Below, piece after piece: positions 35,340-49,020 of a stretch of 64,000 nt of DNA. The stretch covers positions 89,716,001 to 89,780,000 of the forward strand of contig NC_086108.1 of NCBI RefSeq assembly GCF_963921235.1, in the 5' to 3' direction. This DNA is from Mobula hypostoma (Eukaryota). The translations under genes and the position numbers were made by a program. Within the stretch, counting starts at the first letter, position 1. Each line of letters begins with the position of its first letter. Under the pieces are notes generated by a model. That model was given only the letters and a program-made list of their open reading frames with translations, had not been told where the DNA came from and did no database searches.

Positions 35340-38004
35340 TGTCAGGATCAGAAGAGGTAGAATCCTTATGGGTAGAATCAAGAAATGGCAAGGGTAAAAA
35401 GACACTAATAGCAGTTATATACAGGCCTCCAAACAGCAGTCGGGATGTGGACTACAAGTTGCAGCTGGAAATAGAAAAAGCGTGTCAGAAGGACAATGTC
35501 AAGATAATTATGGGGGATTTTAATATGAAAGTGGATTGGGAAAGTCAGGAAGGTAATGGATCTCAGGAGATGAAGTTTGTTGAATGCCTACAGGATGGCT
35601 TTTTGGAGCAACTTGTCCAGAAGCCCACCAGGGGATCGGCTGTTTTGGATTGGGTGCTGTGTAACGAACCTGAAGCGATTAGGGAGCTGGAGGTAAAGGA
35701 ACCTCTTGGAAGTTGTGATCATAATATGATTGAGTTCAGTTTTAAATTTGAAAAGGGAGAAGCTGGTATCAGGTGTATCGATATTTCAGTGGAACAGGGG
35801 AAATTACAGTGAAATTACAGTACAATGAAAGAGGAACTGGCCCAAGTCAATTGGAAAAGTAAACTAAATGGAGGGACAGCAGAGCAGAATTGGATGAAAT
35901 TCCTACAAGAAATAAGGAAAATGCAGGAAAAATATATTCCAAGAAAAAAGAAAATCATGAATGGAAAAATGGCACAAATGTGGCTAACGAGAGAGGTTAA
36001 GGCAAAAATAAAAGCAAAAGAAACGGCGTACAAGGAAGCAAAAATGAGTGGGAAAAATGAGGACTGGAAGACCTTTAAAAACTTACAGAAAGAAATTAAG
36101 AAAGTCATTAGCAAAGAAAAGATAAATTATGAAAGGAAGTTGGCAATTAACATAAAAAAGGATACGAGGAGTTTTTTTAAATATATGAAGAGTAAAAGAG
36201 TGACAAGGGTAGATATGGGACCGATTGAAAATGATGCTGGAGTGATTATAATGGATAACAAAGAGATGGTGGAGGAACTGAATGAGTATTTTGCATCAGT
36301 CTTCACAGTGGAAGACATGAGCAATATACCTGATAGCCAGAGGTATCAGGGAATAGAATTAGGTTAATTAGAATTAAGATAACTAGAGAGAAAGTGCTTG
36401 GGAAGCTAAGTGGGCTAAGAATAGATAAGTCTCCCGGTCCGGATGAGGTGCACCCAAGGGTTCTGAAGGAGGTGGCTTTGGAGATTGTGGAAGCATTGGA
36501 AATGATCTTCCAGGAATCAATAGACTCTGGCATGGTTCCGGAGGACTGGAAGGTCGCAAACGTAGTTCCGCTATTTAAGAAAGGAAGAAGGCAGCAAAAA
36601 GAAAATTACAGACCTATTAGTCTGACATCGGTGGTTGGAAAGATATTGGAGTCAATCCTCAAGGACGAGGTTATGAAATACCTCGAGGTGCATGACAAGA
36701 TAGGCCGAAGCCAGCATGGTTTCATGAAGGGAAGATCCTGCATTACCAACTTATTGGAATTTTTTGAGGTAATCTCGAATAAGATTGACAAGGGAGAGGC
36801 TGTGGATATTGTGTATTTGAATTTTCAAAAGGCCTTTGATAAGGTGCCGCGTATGAGGCTGCTTAATAAGATGAGAGCCTATGGAATTATAGGAACGATA
36901 TTGAAATGGGTGGAGCATTGGCTGATAGGCAGAAAGCAAAGGGTGGGAATAAAGGGATCCTATTCTGATTGGTTGCCAGTTACTAGTGGTGTTCCGCAGG
37001 GGTCGGTGTTGGGGCCGCTTCTTTTTACGATGTATATCCATGATTTGGATTATGGATTAAATGGTTTTGCGGCCAAGTTTGCGGATGACACCAAGATAGG
37101 TGGCAGAGCGGGAAATGTTGAAGAAACGGAAAGGTTGCAGGGAGACTTAGTCAGTTTAGGAGAGTGGGCAAAGAAATGGCAGATGAGATACATCGTTGAC
37201 AAATGTACGGTTGCACATTTCGGAAGAAGAAATAATCGGACAGATTATTATTTAGATGGGGAGAAAATTCAAAAATCGGAAGTGCAAAGGGACTTGGGGG
37301 TCCTCGTGCAGGATACCCTAAAGGTTAACCACCAAGTTGGATTGGCGGTAAGGAAAGCGAATGCTATGTTGGCATTCATTTCAAGAGGAATAGTGTATAA
37401 GAGTAAGGAGGTGTTGATGAGGCTCTATGGGGCATTAGTGAGACCTCATTTGGAATACTGTGTGCAGTTTTGGGTCCCCTGTCTTAGAAAGGATGTACTG
37501 ATGTTGGAGGGAGTTCAGAGAAGATTTACGAGGATGATTCCTGGAATGCAGGGGCTAACATATGAGGAGCATCTGTCGGCTCTAGGACTGTATTCATTAG
37601 CGTATAGAAGAATGAGAGGGGATCTCATAGAAACGTTTTGAATGTTGAAAGGGTTAGACAGAGTAGATGTGGAAAGGTTGTTTCCCTTGGTGGGTGAGTC
37701 CAGGACAAGAGGCCATAGTCTTAGAATTAGAGGGTACCCAGTTAAAACAGAGATGAGGAGAAATTTTTTTTAGCCAGAGGGTCGTGGATTTATGGAATTC
37801 GTTGCCACATACAGCTGTGGAAGCCCAATCATTGAGGGTGTTTAAGGAGGAGATTGACAGGTATCTAATTAGTCAGGGTATCAAGGGATATGGGGAAAAA
37901 GCCGGAAATTGGAACTAGATGGGTGAATAGTTTAGCTCATGGGGGAGCTGCGGATGTGTTGGGCCGAATGGCCTACTTCTGCTCCTTTGTCTTGTGATCT
38001 TGTG
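35340..38004 (+). mobile_element. CR1 LINE, 5'-truncated within the endonuclease, with a few frameshifts
   Basis: ORFs 35294-35812, 35825-36367, 36394-37641; tail tcttgtgatcttgtga. Confidence 0.95.
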
Positions 38005-38419
38005 AACCCAAAGATTATGCAAGTGATAGCTTGCTGCAATAGCAACCATGGCAGTATCTAGGGACAGAAGATTCTAGCAGAAAAAACTGATAGGACCAAT
38101 GAGTTTTAAATAACTAGTAATGAACAATAGCATTTTATTTCAGACAATAGGCAGCCTCCAGTTGTGCGACACTACAGCTAACAAGTGTTTCCTTGGAGCT
38201 TATGTAAACACATTGGGTCAGACAGAGAACGTTCAGTGGCTGTGAACACAGAGAAGCAGAGCTAATACAATCAGAATAAGAATCAGGTTTATTGTCACGG
38301 ACGCAAGTCATGGAATATGTTGTTCGGTGGCAGCCATGCAGTGCAGGTACAACAAGTTACTATAAGTTACAATAAATAAAGAATAAATAAATAAATTATG
38401 CAAAACAGTAAAGTATTAT

Positions 38420-39140
38420 AAACACAAGAGATTCTGCAGATGCTGGAAATGCAGAGCAACACATACAAAATGCTGCAGGAACACAGCCGATCAGGTAGCA
38501 TCTCTGTAAATGAATAAACAGTCGATGTTTCAGACTGAGATATTTCTTCAGGACTGGAAAAGAAGGGGGAAGATGCCAGAATAAAAAGGTGGGCCGAGGA
38601 CTAGCTAGAAGGTGATAGGTAAAGCCAGGTGGGTGGGAAAGTTAAAGGGCTGGAGAAAAAGGTAGCAGATAGGAGAGGATAATGGACCATAGGGTGAAGG
38701 GAAGGAGAGGCACCAGGGGGAGGTGACAGGCAGGTGATAGAAGTAGTAAGACACCAGAGAGGAATAGAAAGGGAAGGGGGAGGAGAAAAATTAGCTGGAG
38801 TCATTGATGTTCATGACATCAGGTTGAAGGGTTACCTAGACTGAATGAGATGCATTGCTCCTCGACCGAGAGAGTGGCCTCATCATGGCAAAAGAGGATG
38901 CTATGGACCAAGATGTTGAAACAGGATTGGGGACAGGAATTAAAATGGTTGCCCAACAGGAAATTTTATGCTTTTGGTGGATGGAGCAGAGGTGCTCGAC
39001 AAAGCAGTTCCCCAATTTACCCCAGGTCTCATCAATGTAGAGGAGGTCACATCGGGAGCACCAGATACAAGAGACTGCCCCAGCAGATTTGTAGGTGAAG
39101 TGTTGCCTCACCTGGAAAGACTGTTTCAGGCCCTGAATGG
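38420..39140 (-). mobile_element. Penelope-like element 3' fragment
   Basis: HFTYKSAGAVSCIWCSRCDLLYIDET...FVEH is a decayed GIY-YIG domain; same pLTR and tail as 45315-45940. Confidence 0.85.
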
Positions 39141-41239
39141 AGGTATTGTTCATGGGTTTATGTTTCATCCAAATGTTGCAGTCTTATTCCTACTGAGTTT
39201 AGTAAAATTTAGTATGTAAACAATTTGATGGTGGGATGGAGATGAATCAGACACTCTTGTCTTGAGTTAGCTACGTTTGGTGGAAGAGAGTTGTTCTGGC
39301 AGTGGGGTAAGTGACAGTGGGATGATACTAAAATCAAGTCTTGAAACATAGTGTTGAGACCAAAACTGGGGACTGCTGGAGAGTTCTAAAAGGACAGAAG
39401 GTAAGGATCCCTGTCAAGTAGGGCACTGGCAGTACCATATTTTACTGGCAATGCTCAGTGATGGGCACATTTCTCATGAACTGCTCTAAAAGCACCTGGG
39501 GGTATAATATCATCCTGTGTATAACTGAGGTAGAAGTCACATTGGGCTACAAAGATAACTTGTGTCTGGAAGTACCTAGTCAAACTTCTGGAGTGATAGG
39601 GAACAGTAATCACAAGTTTCACTGTAGAAAATCCAAAATCAATTTAATGGGCAAAAGAAACAAAGATATGCCATCAAATATCTGGGCACAGAAACTTTGT
39701 TTTGATGGCATTGGACTGAGGCCAGACAACAAGATTTTAAACATGGGAATGTGATCCCTTGCACCTCCCTGCGGATAAGGTCCTGATAATATCCCAGCTG
39801 CAAAGCAGCATCTTTGACAATGTAGTACCTTTTAGAGACAGCATTAAAATGCCAGCCTAAATTATATCCCCAAATACCAGCTTCGTTATAACCACAGAAT
39901 GCTCCTGCTGGACCAGCAACAACTAAATGGATAAAAACTTGTAATGAATGCATTTCCAGACTCTGTCCACTTACATGTTTATCAGTAACTCAAAAACACT
40001 GATCTAAATGGATTGTAAGAAGGTAATTTGGTAATAGAATCTGTGATTGATATTCACTATCCAGGGCCTGGGGGAGCCTTATTACCAAACTCAACTATAT
40101 AGCACAGCAGCTGACTCTTCCAGGGGTCAAAGACTTGTTTTTGATTAAGTTGAACTTTCAACCAATATTCCTTGCTCAGCTTCTAGTTGTAAGTAAGAAT
40201 CAGTCTTCAGTATTTAATGTAAATTGCAAGTAGTAATCAGTCTAACGTTAAAAGGACAGCTTTGCAAATAAACAGCACTGCCTATAGAGCAAAGGCTGCT
40301 AGCCCATTGCACGGGGCTGACGGGAGATGCAGTGTAAGATAATGGGGTGATGTATATTGGGTGTGTATCAAGCCAAAAAACACTGGCTAAACTATTTAGT
40401 TCAAAGAAGCTTGCAGACCAGACTAATACTATCACTTAGCACATCAAATAGATAATCTTTCAATAGCTGGAAGATTTGTTTACTCAGAGAATCAGCCCTC
40501 ACAGCATTAATTTTGGGTGCCTGGAATCTCTGACACCAGAAGCTTTTGGACCATCTGTAAGAATTTCCCAGCAAAGGTATATCACATGCATGTGAAGTCA
40601 CCAAGTAGTAAAAAACCGTATCAATATCAGAGAATAGCCAGGCTTGTCAGGAATGGTAAAAAAAAGAATGACAGAAAGATGGGATGACTAAAATCCATTC
40701 CTCTGTCTTCAATTTCTGCAATACATGACTCATTCAACTGAAATTCATTGGGATGCCTGTACAGCTTGTAGGAACTATAGCTGTGTTTTGGAAATCCTTT
40801 GAGTTTTAGGAATTGATAGTAATTGGGAAACCTTTTATAAAATAAAAATCTGCTGAGTTTTAAATATGTTTTTTAAGAATTTTATCTAAACTTAAACATG
40901 TATCATTAAAAATTAACCGTGAACTACTTTTTTAGCTGGAAGTATCTCCTCCTTGATAGGGTGGGGGGGGGGTGTACCCACCACTCAGATAGCGAGAATT
41001 GGCAGCGAAACTGACTGTGGAAGATAAACAGGGAATTGACCTAGCCTTCAAAGAGTAGGTGGCTACAATATAACCCCCCTTTAGTGAGAGTCCCTGGAGC
41101 TATTTATATCAGATAGTGCTTAAGATCTTCATTTTTGTTCAGAATTTCATGGACAACAAACATAATACTATCACAAAACAAAAAGCAAGTATTTATGGAG
41201 ACACAAATAAAATGGAAACATAATTATTTTCCATCTTAC

Positions 41240-41301
41240 CTCCATCATCGCAGCCATCAATAACTTCCCAATGACCAAAATGAAATTGTATGCCTTCCCA
41301 T
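41240..41301 (-). CDS. Exon 2 of unidentified gene: WEGIQFHFGHWEVIDGCDDG
   Basis: Acceptor tatcttacag, donor GAG|gtaaga; 62 nt, phase 2 to 1. Confidence 0.6.
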
Positions 41302-42229
41302 CTGTAAGATATAGTACTCAAAATAATTGCAGATAAGGAAATAGTGCACCTAGTAATTCATAATCATTTCATTTCCTAACAACCATAGTGACCAATTTTA
41401 GTCCTCTTGGCTTTGTAGAGAAATGTAGCCTTATGCCTTAGGATTCCATCTGATAAAATGGAATTAACAAGGCAACCAAATTAACTTCATGTAAACTGTT
41501 TACTTTATTAAATCAAGAGGTACATTTTGCACTGAATGCTTGTGCTAGTGCAAATGAAAGGACTATTGGTAAAGGATAATGGTTATTATCAGAAAATGGT
41601 CTTTAAGCTATGTTCTATGTTAAGCTATATATAGATTCAACAGAATAGCTCTGCTTAGGAGAGAATGCAAAAAAAAAACTAAGATGTAAATGCAGGATGG
41701 TAAGAAGACGATTTTTAACTCAGATAGAGTGCTTAGAATGTGGAATTCAGAAACCCAAGAAATCTTTCAGCCAAATAGGTTAGATAACAAGAAAAAGGAA
41801 TATACCAAAAGGTTAAAATGAGGCAGGTAGAACAAGAATGAACTCAGAGGGCATATTAACATGAACTCAGGCTACTGGGGCAAAATGAAATCTTTCTGAA
41901 CTGGAGTTGTAGATGACATCAGGCTCTAGCCACCCACAATCAGATCATCTAGAAGTCAAAATTTTACCAAGTCCATTTAAGTTTACTTTTTTACATGTAC
42001 AGTACCATCTAAAATTCACAAGCCACTTTATATCAAAAAGGCATTTAACCAATTGCTTTGCTGACATTTAAACTTCATGATAGTTGCCACATTTTGCACG
42101 CCACAGCTCCCAAGGAGACATCGGTTTGTGTGGTGGGAGCTAGAGTTTTAAGGAAGCAAGCAAGGAGAGTCAGAACTTTTTATGTGCCACAATCTTGAGG
42201 AGACCCCAGATTGCATATGATTAGGCACT

Positions 42230-44940
42230 TGGAAAGTGGGGAAGTGAGGCTTTGGTGAAGAGAGGTACAGCCTGTAGGTAGATTTTATTTCGTTATTTAT
42301 TCATTCATTCTTTCTTATTGCACATTCAGAGTAGTAGAGATGCCATGCAGGATAGTGGAATGTTCCTCTTGTGGGACGTAGAAAGGCTGGGAGACCTCCT
42401 GTCTCCCTGACAACTACACCTGCAAAGAAATGCATCCAGCTGCAGCTTCTGTGTTACAGAGTTGGAGCTGAAACGAGATGAACTCTGGATGGTTCACGAG
42501 GCTGAGCAGTTGATGGAGAGGACACACAGGGAGGTAGTCACACCCAAGGTGCAGGACACGGGTAACTGGGTGACTGTCAGAAAGGAGATAGGAGAAAGCC
42601 AGCCAACGCAGGGTACCCCTGTGGACATTCCTCTCAACAGCAGGTATGTGGAAGGGGAAGACCAAACAGAGGAAAGCCACAGCAGTCAGGTCTCTGGCAC
42701 AGAATCTTGCTCTATGACTCAGAAGAGAGGGGAGAAATGGTGAGCTGTAGCGGTAGGGGATTCATTGGTCAGAGGAACAGAAAGGAGGTTCTATGGACGA
42801 GAATGAGATTTCTGGATGGTATATTGCCTGTTGGTTGCCAAGAGCAGGGACATCTCAGATCAAGTCCACAGTACAGTATTCTTAAGTATCAGGGTGAGCA
42901 GCCAGAGGTCGTGGTATGAATGACATGGGTAGGAGGGGGTGACGAGGGGTGACAAGGTCATGAAAAGTAAGTTCAGGGAGTTAGGTGCCAAGTTAAAGGA
43001 CAGGACCTCCAGGGTTGTAATCTCAGGATTGCTACCTATGCTACATGCTAGTGAAGTCAGAAATAGGAGATCATACAGTTCAAGGAGAAGCTAAAGCCAG
43101 ATGTATCAATATTACAGTGAGGTAAAGGAAATTGCAGAAGCATGAGAAAGGAGTTGGCCAGAATTGAATGGAAAAGAACACTGGCAAGGATGATGGCAGA
43201 GCAGCAATGGCTGGAATTTCTGGAAGCAATTCGAAAGGCACAGGATATAGACATTCTGAAGAGGAGGTAGTATTCTAAAAGTAAGATGACATAACCATGG
43301 TTAACAAGGGAAGTCAAAGCCAAAAGAAAAGCCTAGGAGAGGGCAAAAATTAGTGAGGAGTTAGAGGATTATGAAGCTTTTAAATACAACAGAAACCAAC
43401 AAAAAAAACTCCTTAAGAGGGTAAAGATGGAATATGAAAGTATGCTAGTCGATAATATTAAAGAGGATACAAAAAGTTTCTTCAGATACACAAAGTGCAA
43501 AAGAGAGGGGAGAGTAGATATCAGCTAGCTGAAAACCTGTGCTGGAGAGGTAGTAATGGGGGGGGGGAGAGCTGGGGGCAAGAAAATGGCAGATGAGCTG
43601 AATAATCATTTGCATCAGTCTTCACTCTGGAAGACACTAGCCGTATGGTGAAAGCTCCAGATAACAGGAGTCATAAAGTGCGTGAAGATAACGTTACTAG
43701 AAAAAAGATTCTTGAGAAACTGAAATGTCTGAAGGTAGATAAGTCACTTGGACCAGATGATGTACACCCCAAGGTTCTGAAAGAGGTGGCTGAAGAGATT
43801 ATGGAGGCATTGGTAATTATCTTCCACTAAATTACTAAATTCTGAAATAGTTTTGGAAGACTGGAAAATTGCACTGTCACTCCACTCTTTAAGAGGGGCG
43901 AGAGGTAGAAGAAAGGACATTATAGGCTGATTAGTCTGACTTCAGTGGTTGGAAAGATGTTGGAGTCGATTGTTAAGGATGTGATTTCAGGGTACTTGGA
44001 GGCACATGATAAAACAGGCCATAGTCAGCATAGCTCCCTCAAGGGAAAATCTTGCGAAACAAATCTGTTACAATTCTTTGAAGCAGGATAGACAAAGAGG
44101 ATGTCAAAGAGGATAGACAAAGAGGTTAATGTTGAGTACTTGGATTTTCAGGAGACCTTTGACAAGGTGTTACATATGAGGCTGCTTAACAAGTTACAAG
44201 CCCATGTTACTACAGGAAAGATTCTAGCATGGATAAAGCAGTGACTGATTGGCAGGAGACAAAGAGTGGGAATAAAGGGAGCCTATTCTGGTTGGCTGCA
44301 GGTGACTAGTGGTGTTCCACAGGGGTCTGTGTTGGGACTGATTATTTGTATGTTATTTATCAATGATTTAGATGTTGGAATTTATGGCTGTGTTGCAAAG
44401 TTTGCAGATGATATGAAGATAGGTGGAGGGGCAGGTAGTTTGAGAAAATAGGGAGGCTACAGAAGAACTTAGATTAGAAGAATGGCAAAGAAGTTGCAGA
44501 CGGACTACAGTGTTGGGAAGTGTATGGTCATGCACTTTGGTAGAAGAAATAAAAGCGTAGACTATTTTCTAAATGGAGAAAATACAAAAAAAAAGGTGCA
44601 AAAGGACTTGGGAGTCTTTGTACAGAATTCCCTAAAGGTTAATTTGCAGGTTGAGTCTATGGCGAGGAAGGCAAATGCAATGTTAGCATTTATTTCAAGA
44701 GGACTAGAATATAAAGGCAAGGATGTAATGTTGAGACTTAATAAAGCACTGGTGAAGCCTCGCTTGGAGTATTATGAGCAGTTTTGGTCCCTTTAGAAAG
44801 GATGTGCTGAAACTGGCTTCCCATGCGAAGAGTGTTTGATAGCTCTGGGCTATATTCACTGGAATTCAAACGAATGAGTGGTAACCTCATTGGAACCCAC
44901 TGAACAGTGAAAGGCCTTGACAGAGTGGATGTGGAGAGGG
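42230..44940 (+). mobile_element. Old near-full-length CR1 with ORF1 zinc finger and esterase remnants; deletion of the ORF1 end and endonuclease near 43080
   Basis: C..C...PDNYTC at about 42360-42430, WVTVRK, then RT motifs 43645-44796. Confidence 0.85.
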
Positions 44941-45314
44941 GCTGAGGTACATTAATAGCAAAGGAATAGCAAGAGAAAGACACAGAGACTATAGAAGAGG
45001 GGCAAACAGCAGAGAGGTTATGGTCTCTGTATAGATTACAGAGGAGGAGGTGTATGCTGTCTTGAGGCAAATTAGTGTGGATAAATCTCCAGAGCCAGAC
45101 AAGGTGTTCCTCGAACCCTATGGGAGGCTAGTGCAGAAATAATAAGGATCCTAGCAGAGATATTTAAAGCATTCTTAGCCGTTGGTGAAGTGCTGGAGAA
45201 TTGAAGGATAGCTAATTTTGTTCCATTCTTTCAGAAAAGCTCTGAGAATAAGCCTGATAGTAGTAGTGGAAAAGTTATTGCAAGTATTCTAAGGGACCAG
45301 ATATATGTCTTTGA

Positions 45315-45940
45315 GATCGTTTTGCTGAACATCTACGCTCTGTCCGCCAGAGAAAGCAGGATCTCCCAGTGGCCACACATTTTAATTCCACATTCCATTC
45401 CCATTCTGATATGTCTATCCATGGACTCCTCTACTGTAAAGATGAAGCCACACTCAGGTTGGAGGAACAACACCTTATATTCCGTCTGGGTAGCCTCCAA
45501 CCTGACGGCATGAACATTGACTTCTCTAACTTCCGCTAATGCCCCACCTCCCCTCGTACCCTATCTGTTATTTATTTATATACACACATTCTTTCTCTCT
45601 CTCTCTCCTTTTTCTCCCTCTGTCCCTCTGACTGTACCCCTTGCCCATCCTCTGGGTTTTTCCCCCCTCCCCCTTTTCCTTCTCCCTGGGCCTCCTGTCC
45701 CATGATCCTCTCATATCCCTTTTGCCAATCACCTGTCCAGCTCTTGGCTCCATCCCTCCCCCTCCTGTCTTCTCCTATCATTTTGGATCTCCCCCTCCCC
45801 CCTCCCACTTTCAAATCTCTTACTAGCTCTTTCTTCAGTTAGTCCGGACGAAGGGTCTCGGCCTGAAACATCGACTGTACCTCTTCCTAGAGATGCTGCC
45901 TGGCCTGCTGAGTTTACCAGCAACTTTGATGTGTGTTGCT
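45315..45940 (+). mobile_element. Penelope-like element 3' fragment: GIY-YIG C-terminus, pLTR and hammerhead
   Basis: 45315-45539 reads DRFAEHLRSV...PVATHFN...RLEEQHLIFRLGSLQPDGMNIDFSNFR*; 16-bp TSD agat(a/g)tatgtctttga at 45299-45314 and 45941-45956. Confidence 0.9.
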
Positions 45941-46554
45941 AGATGTATGTCTTTGATTAGATAGGGACTGAAAGGGATAGTCAATATGGCTTTGTGCATG
46001 GTAAGTCATGTCTAACCAATCTTAGAATTTTTCAAGGAAGTTACCAGGAAAGTGGATGAAGACAAGGCAATGGATGTTGTCTACCTGGACCTTAGCAAGG
46101 CCTTTCACAAGGTCTCACATAGGAGGTTGGTCAAAAAGGTTCAGTTGCTTGGCATTCATGATGAGGTAGTGAATTGGATCAGATATAGGCTTTGATAGAG
46201 AAGCCAGAAATGGAGGCTTGTGACAGTTGCTGTGCCAGAGGAATCAGTGCTGGGTCCATTGTTGTTTGTCATTTATATCAATAATCTGGATTATAATGGG
46301 CTAAACTGGATCAGCAAATTTGTGGATGACACCAAGATTGGGGGTGTAGTGGAAAGCGAGGAAGACTATCAAAGCTTGCAGCAGGATCTGCACCAGCTGG
46401 AAAAATGGGCTGATAAATGGCAAATGGAATTTAATGCAAACAAGTGTGAGGTGTTGCATTTTGGGAGGATCAACTAGTGTAGGTCTTACACAGTAAGTGG
46501 TAGGGCACTAAGTAGTTTGGTAGAATAAAGGGTTCATGGAATACAGGTACATAA

Positions 46555-47470
46555 TAATGGACAACAAAGATTTTGATTCCTGAATACTTTTGGGTGTATC
46601 ACATGCATTCTGGGTTGCCGTTCATAAATATCACCATGGAGATTTCCCCATTTTCTTAAAAAACACCTATATTTGTTATTTCAATTCATTATTCAAATGT
46701 TGCCCACAACGTAAGCTGAAAAGTTTTCTATCTTGTCCAGGGTTGCTTAGGCAGGGTGGATGCTGCATGGCAGGACAGGTTTTAGAAAGGTTATACATTT
46801 CCATTAAGGATTTTGATACTTGAGACAGATATTTCTCAGGATAATGATACCAAGGTTAAGGAAGGTGTTTTTGTTGGTCCACAAATCAAACAGGCAATTT
46901 GAATAACTTACAGTGGGACTGGAGAAAATCTCATGGAAGGCATTCAAGGTTGTTGAAAATTTTCTTGGCAACCACAGAGCACCAAACTATGTGCAGCTGG
47001 TTGATAAAATGCTTCAAGCATACAAAACGGTGAACTGCAACATATCACTAAAGATTCATTTTCTGCATCCCCATTTGGACTTCTTCCTTGCAAATCTTGC
47101 CACTATCGGTAACAAGCATGGTGAAAAGTTTCACCAGGACATTGCAGTCGTGGAGGAATGGTATCTAGGCAACTAGAATCCATCATTGCTGGCTGATTAT
47201 TGTTGGACATTTAAAAGAGAAGCCTCAAACACTGAGTACAAATGAAAATCAGAAACAAAACATTTTTAGCTTAGTTGAACTATTGCCGTGTCAGCACCGT
47301 TATGCAATTAAACACATTGTATTCAATAAAAGTTAATACCCTATTTCTCCAAACTCCTACATGATGCATGTAGTCTGAAATCAGATTTGTCTTCAGCTTC
47401 AAGCAGTCCATCATAAACAAAAGAAAACTATGATGAAGCAAAACATCTGAAATAAAATTGTTATCCAGTG
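46555..47470 (+). mobile_element. Internally deleted Chapaev3-like (CMC superfamily) DNA transposon
   Basis: FLGN...NY...SLKIHFLHPHLDFF...HGEKFHQDI and LADYCW transposase C-terminal motifs; right end ttgttatccagtg, decayed left end taatggacaac; taa/tca flanks. Confidence 0.7.
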
Positions 47471-48403
47471 TCATTCATTGTAGAAGACTGAGGAAGGATT
47501 TGAAAATAATGAGTAAATGGAAGCAAGCTTTTTCCACTGAGGTTGGGTGAGACTGCAACTAGAGATCATGGGTTAAGGGTGAAATGTGGAATGTTTAAGG
47601 GAACATGGGGGAGAACTTCTCTCAGAGAGTAAATAGTGTGGAACAAGCTGACTGCGTACATGGTGGATGCAGGTTTGATTTCAACATGTAAGAGATGTTT
47701 GGATAGGTACATGCATGGGAAGTGTATGGAGGGGACTATACACTAGGTGCAATTTGATGGGACTAGGAAGATTAAAGCCTCAGCACAGACTAGGTGGGCC
47801 AAAGGGCCTGTTTCTGTGCTGAAGTGTTCTATGACTCGATGACAGTCAATTGTTGAATTGTTCCCACAACCCCTCTAATTCTTCGACCTGCTGTGTTAAT
47901 CTTCAGTAAATAACTTTTAAGGAAATTATATTTTGCCCATGCCATTAAGAACTTCTTCAGAAAACTGATTACACCAAGATGCAGAGCATCTGCTTGCACC
48001 AATGCTGATGATGCCATACATAATTGCAATGGAATAGTAAAACTGAATATTATGATCATTTTAGGTATATTTGCACTTGCTTTGAAATCACAATATTGTT
48101 ATGAACTAAGACTTTCACTGTCATAAACCAGAAGGGGTGTTCACACCGGGCTCGCGATATCCAAGCAAAACAACTTATGAAACGTAGTAAACCAGCATAT
48201 TCCCAATAATTTAGCTTTATATTCAATACTTCCACATCATATTGAGAAACAATATAAATGGCAATCGGCACAATAAAATGTTAGCCTATACAGTATTCCA
48301 AGTAAGTTTGCCGGCCAATGTACTGCGTTTGAACGATCGCCCCATCCAATGAGAGTTCAGGCCGATTCACCAACTTCCCCATTACTGCCCGCTCCGGTTT
48401 TAC

Positions 48404-48450
48404 CTGCCGCTTGCTGGTTTTGTATTAACTTGCAGCCGATTCCCCCTCAT
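48404..48450 (-). CDS. Exon 1 (coding part) of unidentified 507-aa gene: MRGNRLQVNTKPASG(R)
   Basis: ATG at 48450 in a CpG-rich region; donor CAG|gtaaaa; ends in phase 2, matching exon 2. Confidence 0.5.
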
Positions 48451-48789
48451 TGCCTCCTGTCTTTCCCAGTGCGTTTCCCTGCGGGTGAGATTGCATGCGG
48501 CAATGGTCAATGTTTCCTGTTGCCTCGCCGAATGGAGAAACACAAAAGGTGACGCCGAGAGGCATGTTCCTGCCCTTTCACTAACCACAAAGGCTGATTG
48601 ACGGGAGCAAAAAGTGTCGAGGACCCTGGCCCTGCTTAGCAGCCCCACCTTCAGGAAGCGGGCTCAGGGTGTTAGAAGTAGGAGCGTACGTTTATTTGAA
48701 TGCTGAATCAAATCAGAATCAGAGTGACGAAGCTTTCTTAGCAGCGTACCTCAGAAAGAACACGGACGTGCATTGCCCTAGACTTGAGT

Positions 48790-49020
48790 AGGAACCATAA
48801 ACTATTGGAGCTGAATTGGCCATTTCTTCATGGCTGATTGTTATCCCTTTCAATTTCATTTCTCCCCGTAACCTTTCACGCCCTTACTAATTAACAGCCT
48901 ATCAACCTCTACTTTAAATATACCTAATGACTTAGCCTCCACAGCCGTCTGTGGCAATGAATTCCATCGATTCGCCACCCTCAGACCCAAGAAATTCCTT
49001 CTCATCTCCGTTCCAATCGG
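48790..49020 (-). mobile_element. CR1 3' end fragment
   Basis: Matches the other CR1 ORF2 ends and 3' UTRs in the window. Confidence 0.7.

Larger units (their letters stand above)
44960..47835 (+). mobile_element. Degraded CR1 split by a Penelope insertion (45315-45940) and a DNA transposon (46555-47470)
   Basis: SVLGPLLFVIYINNLD...KFVDDTKIGG; 3' UTR tail ttctatgactcgatgac near 47830. Confidence 0.85.
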
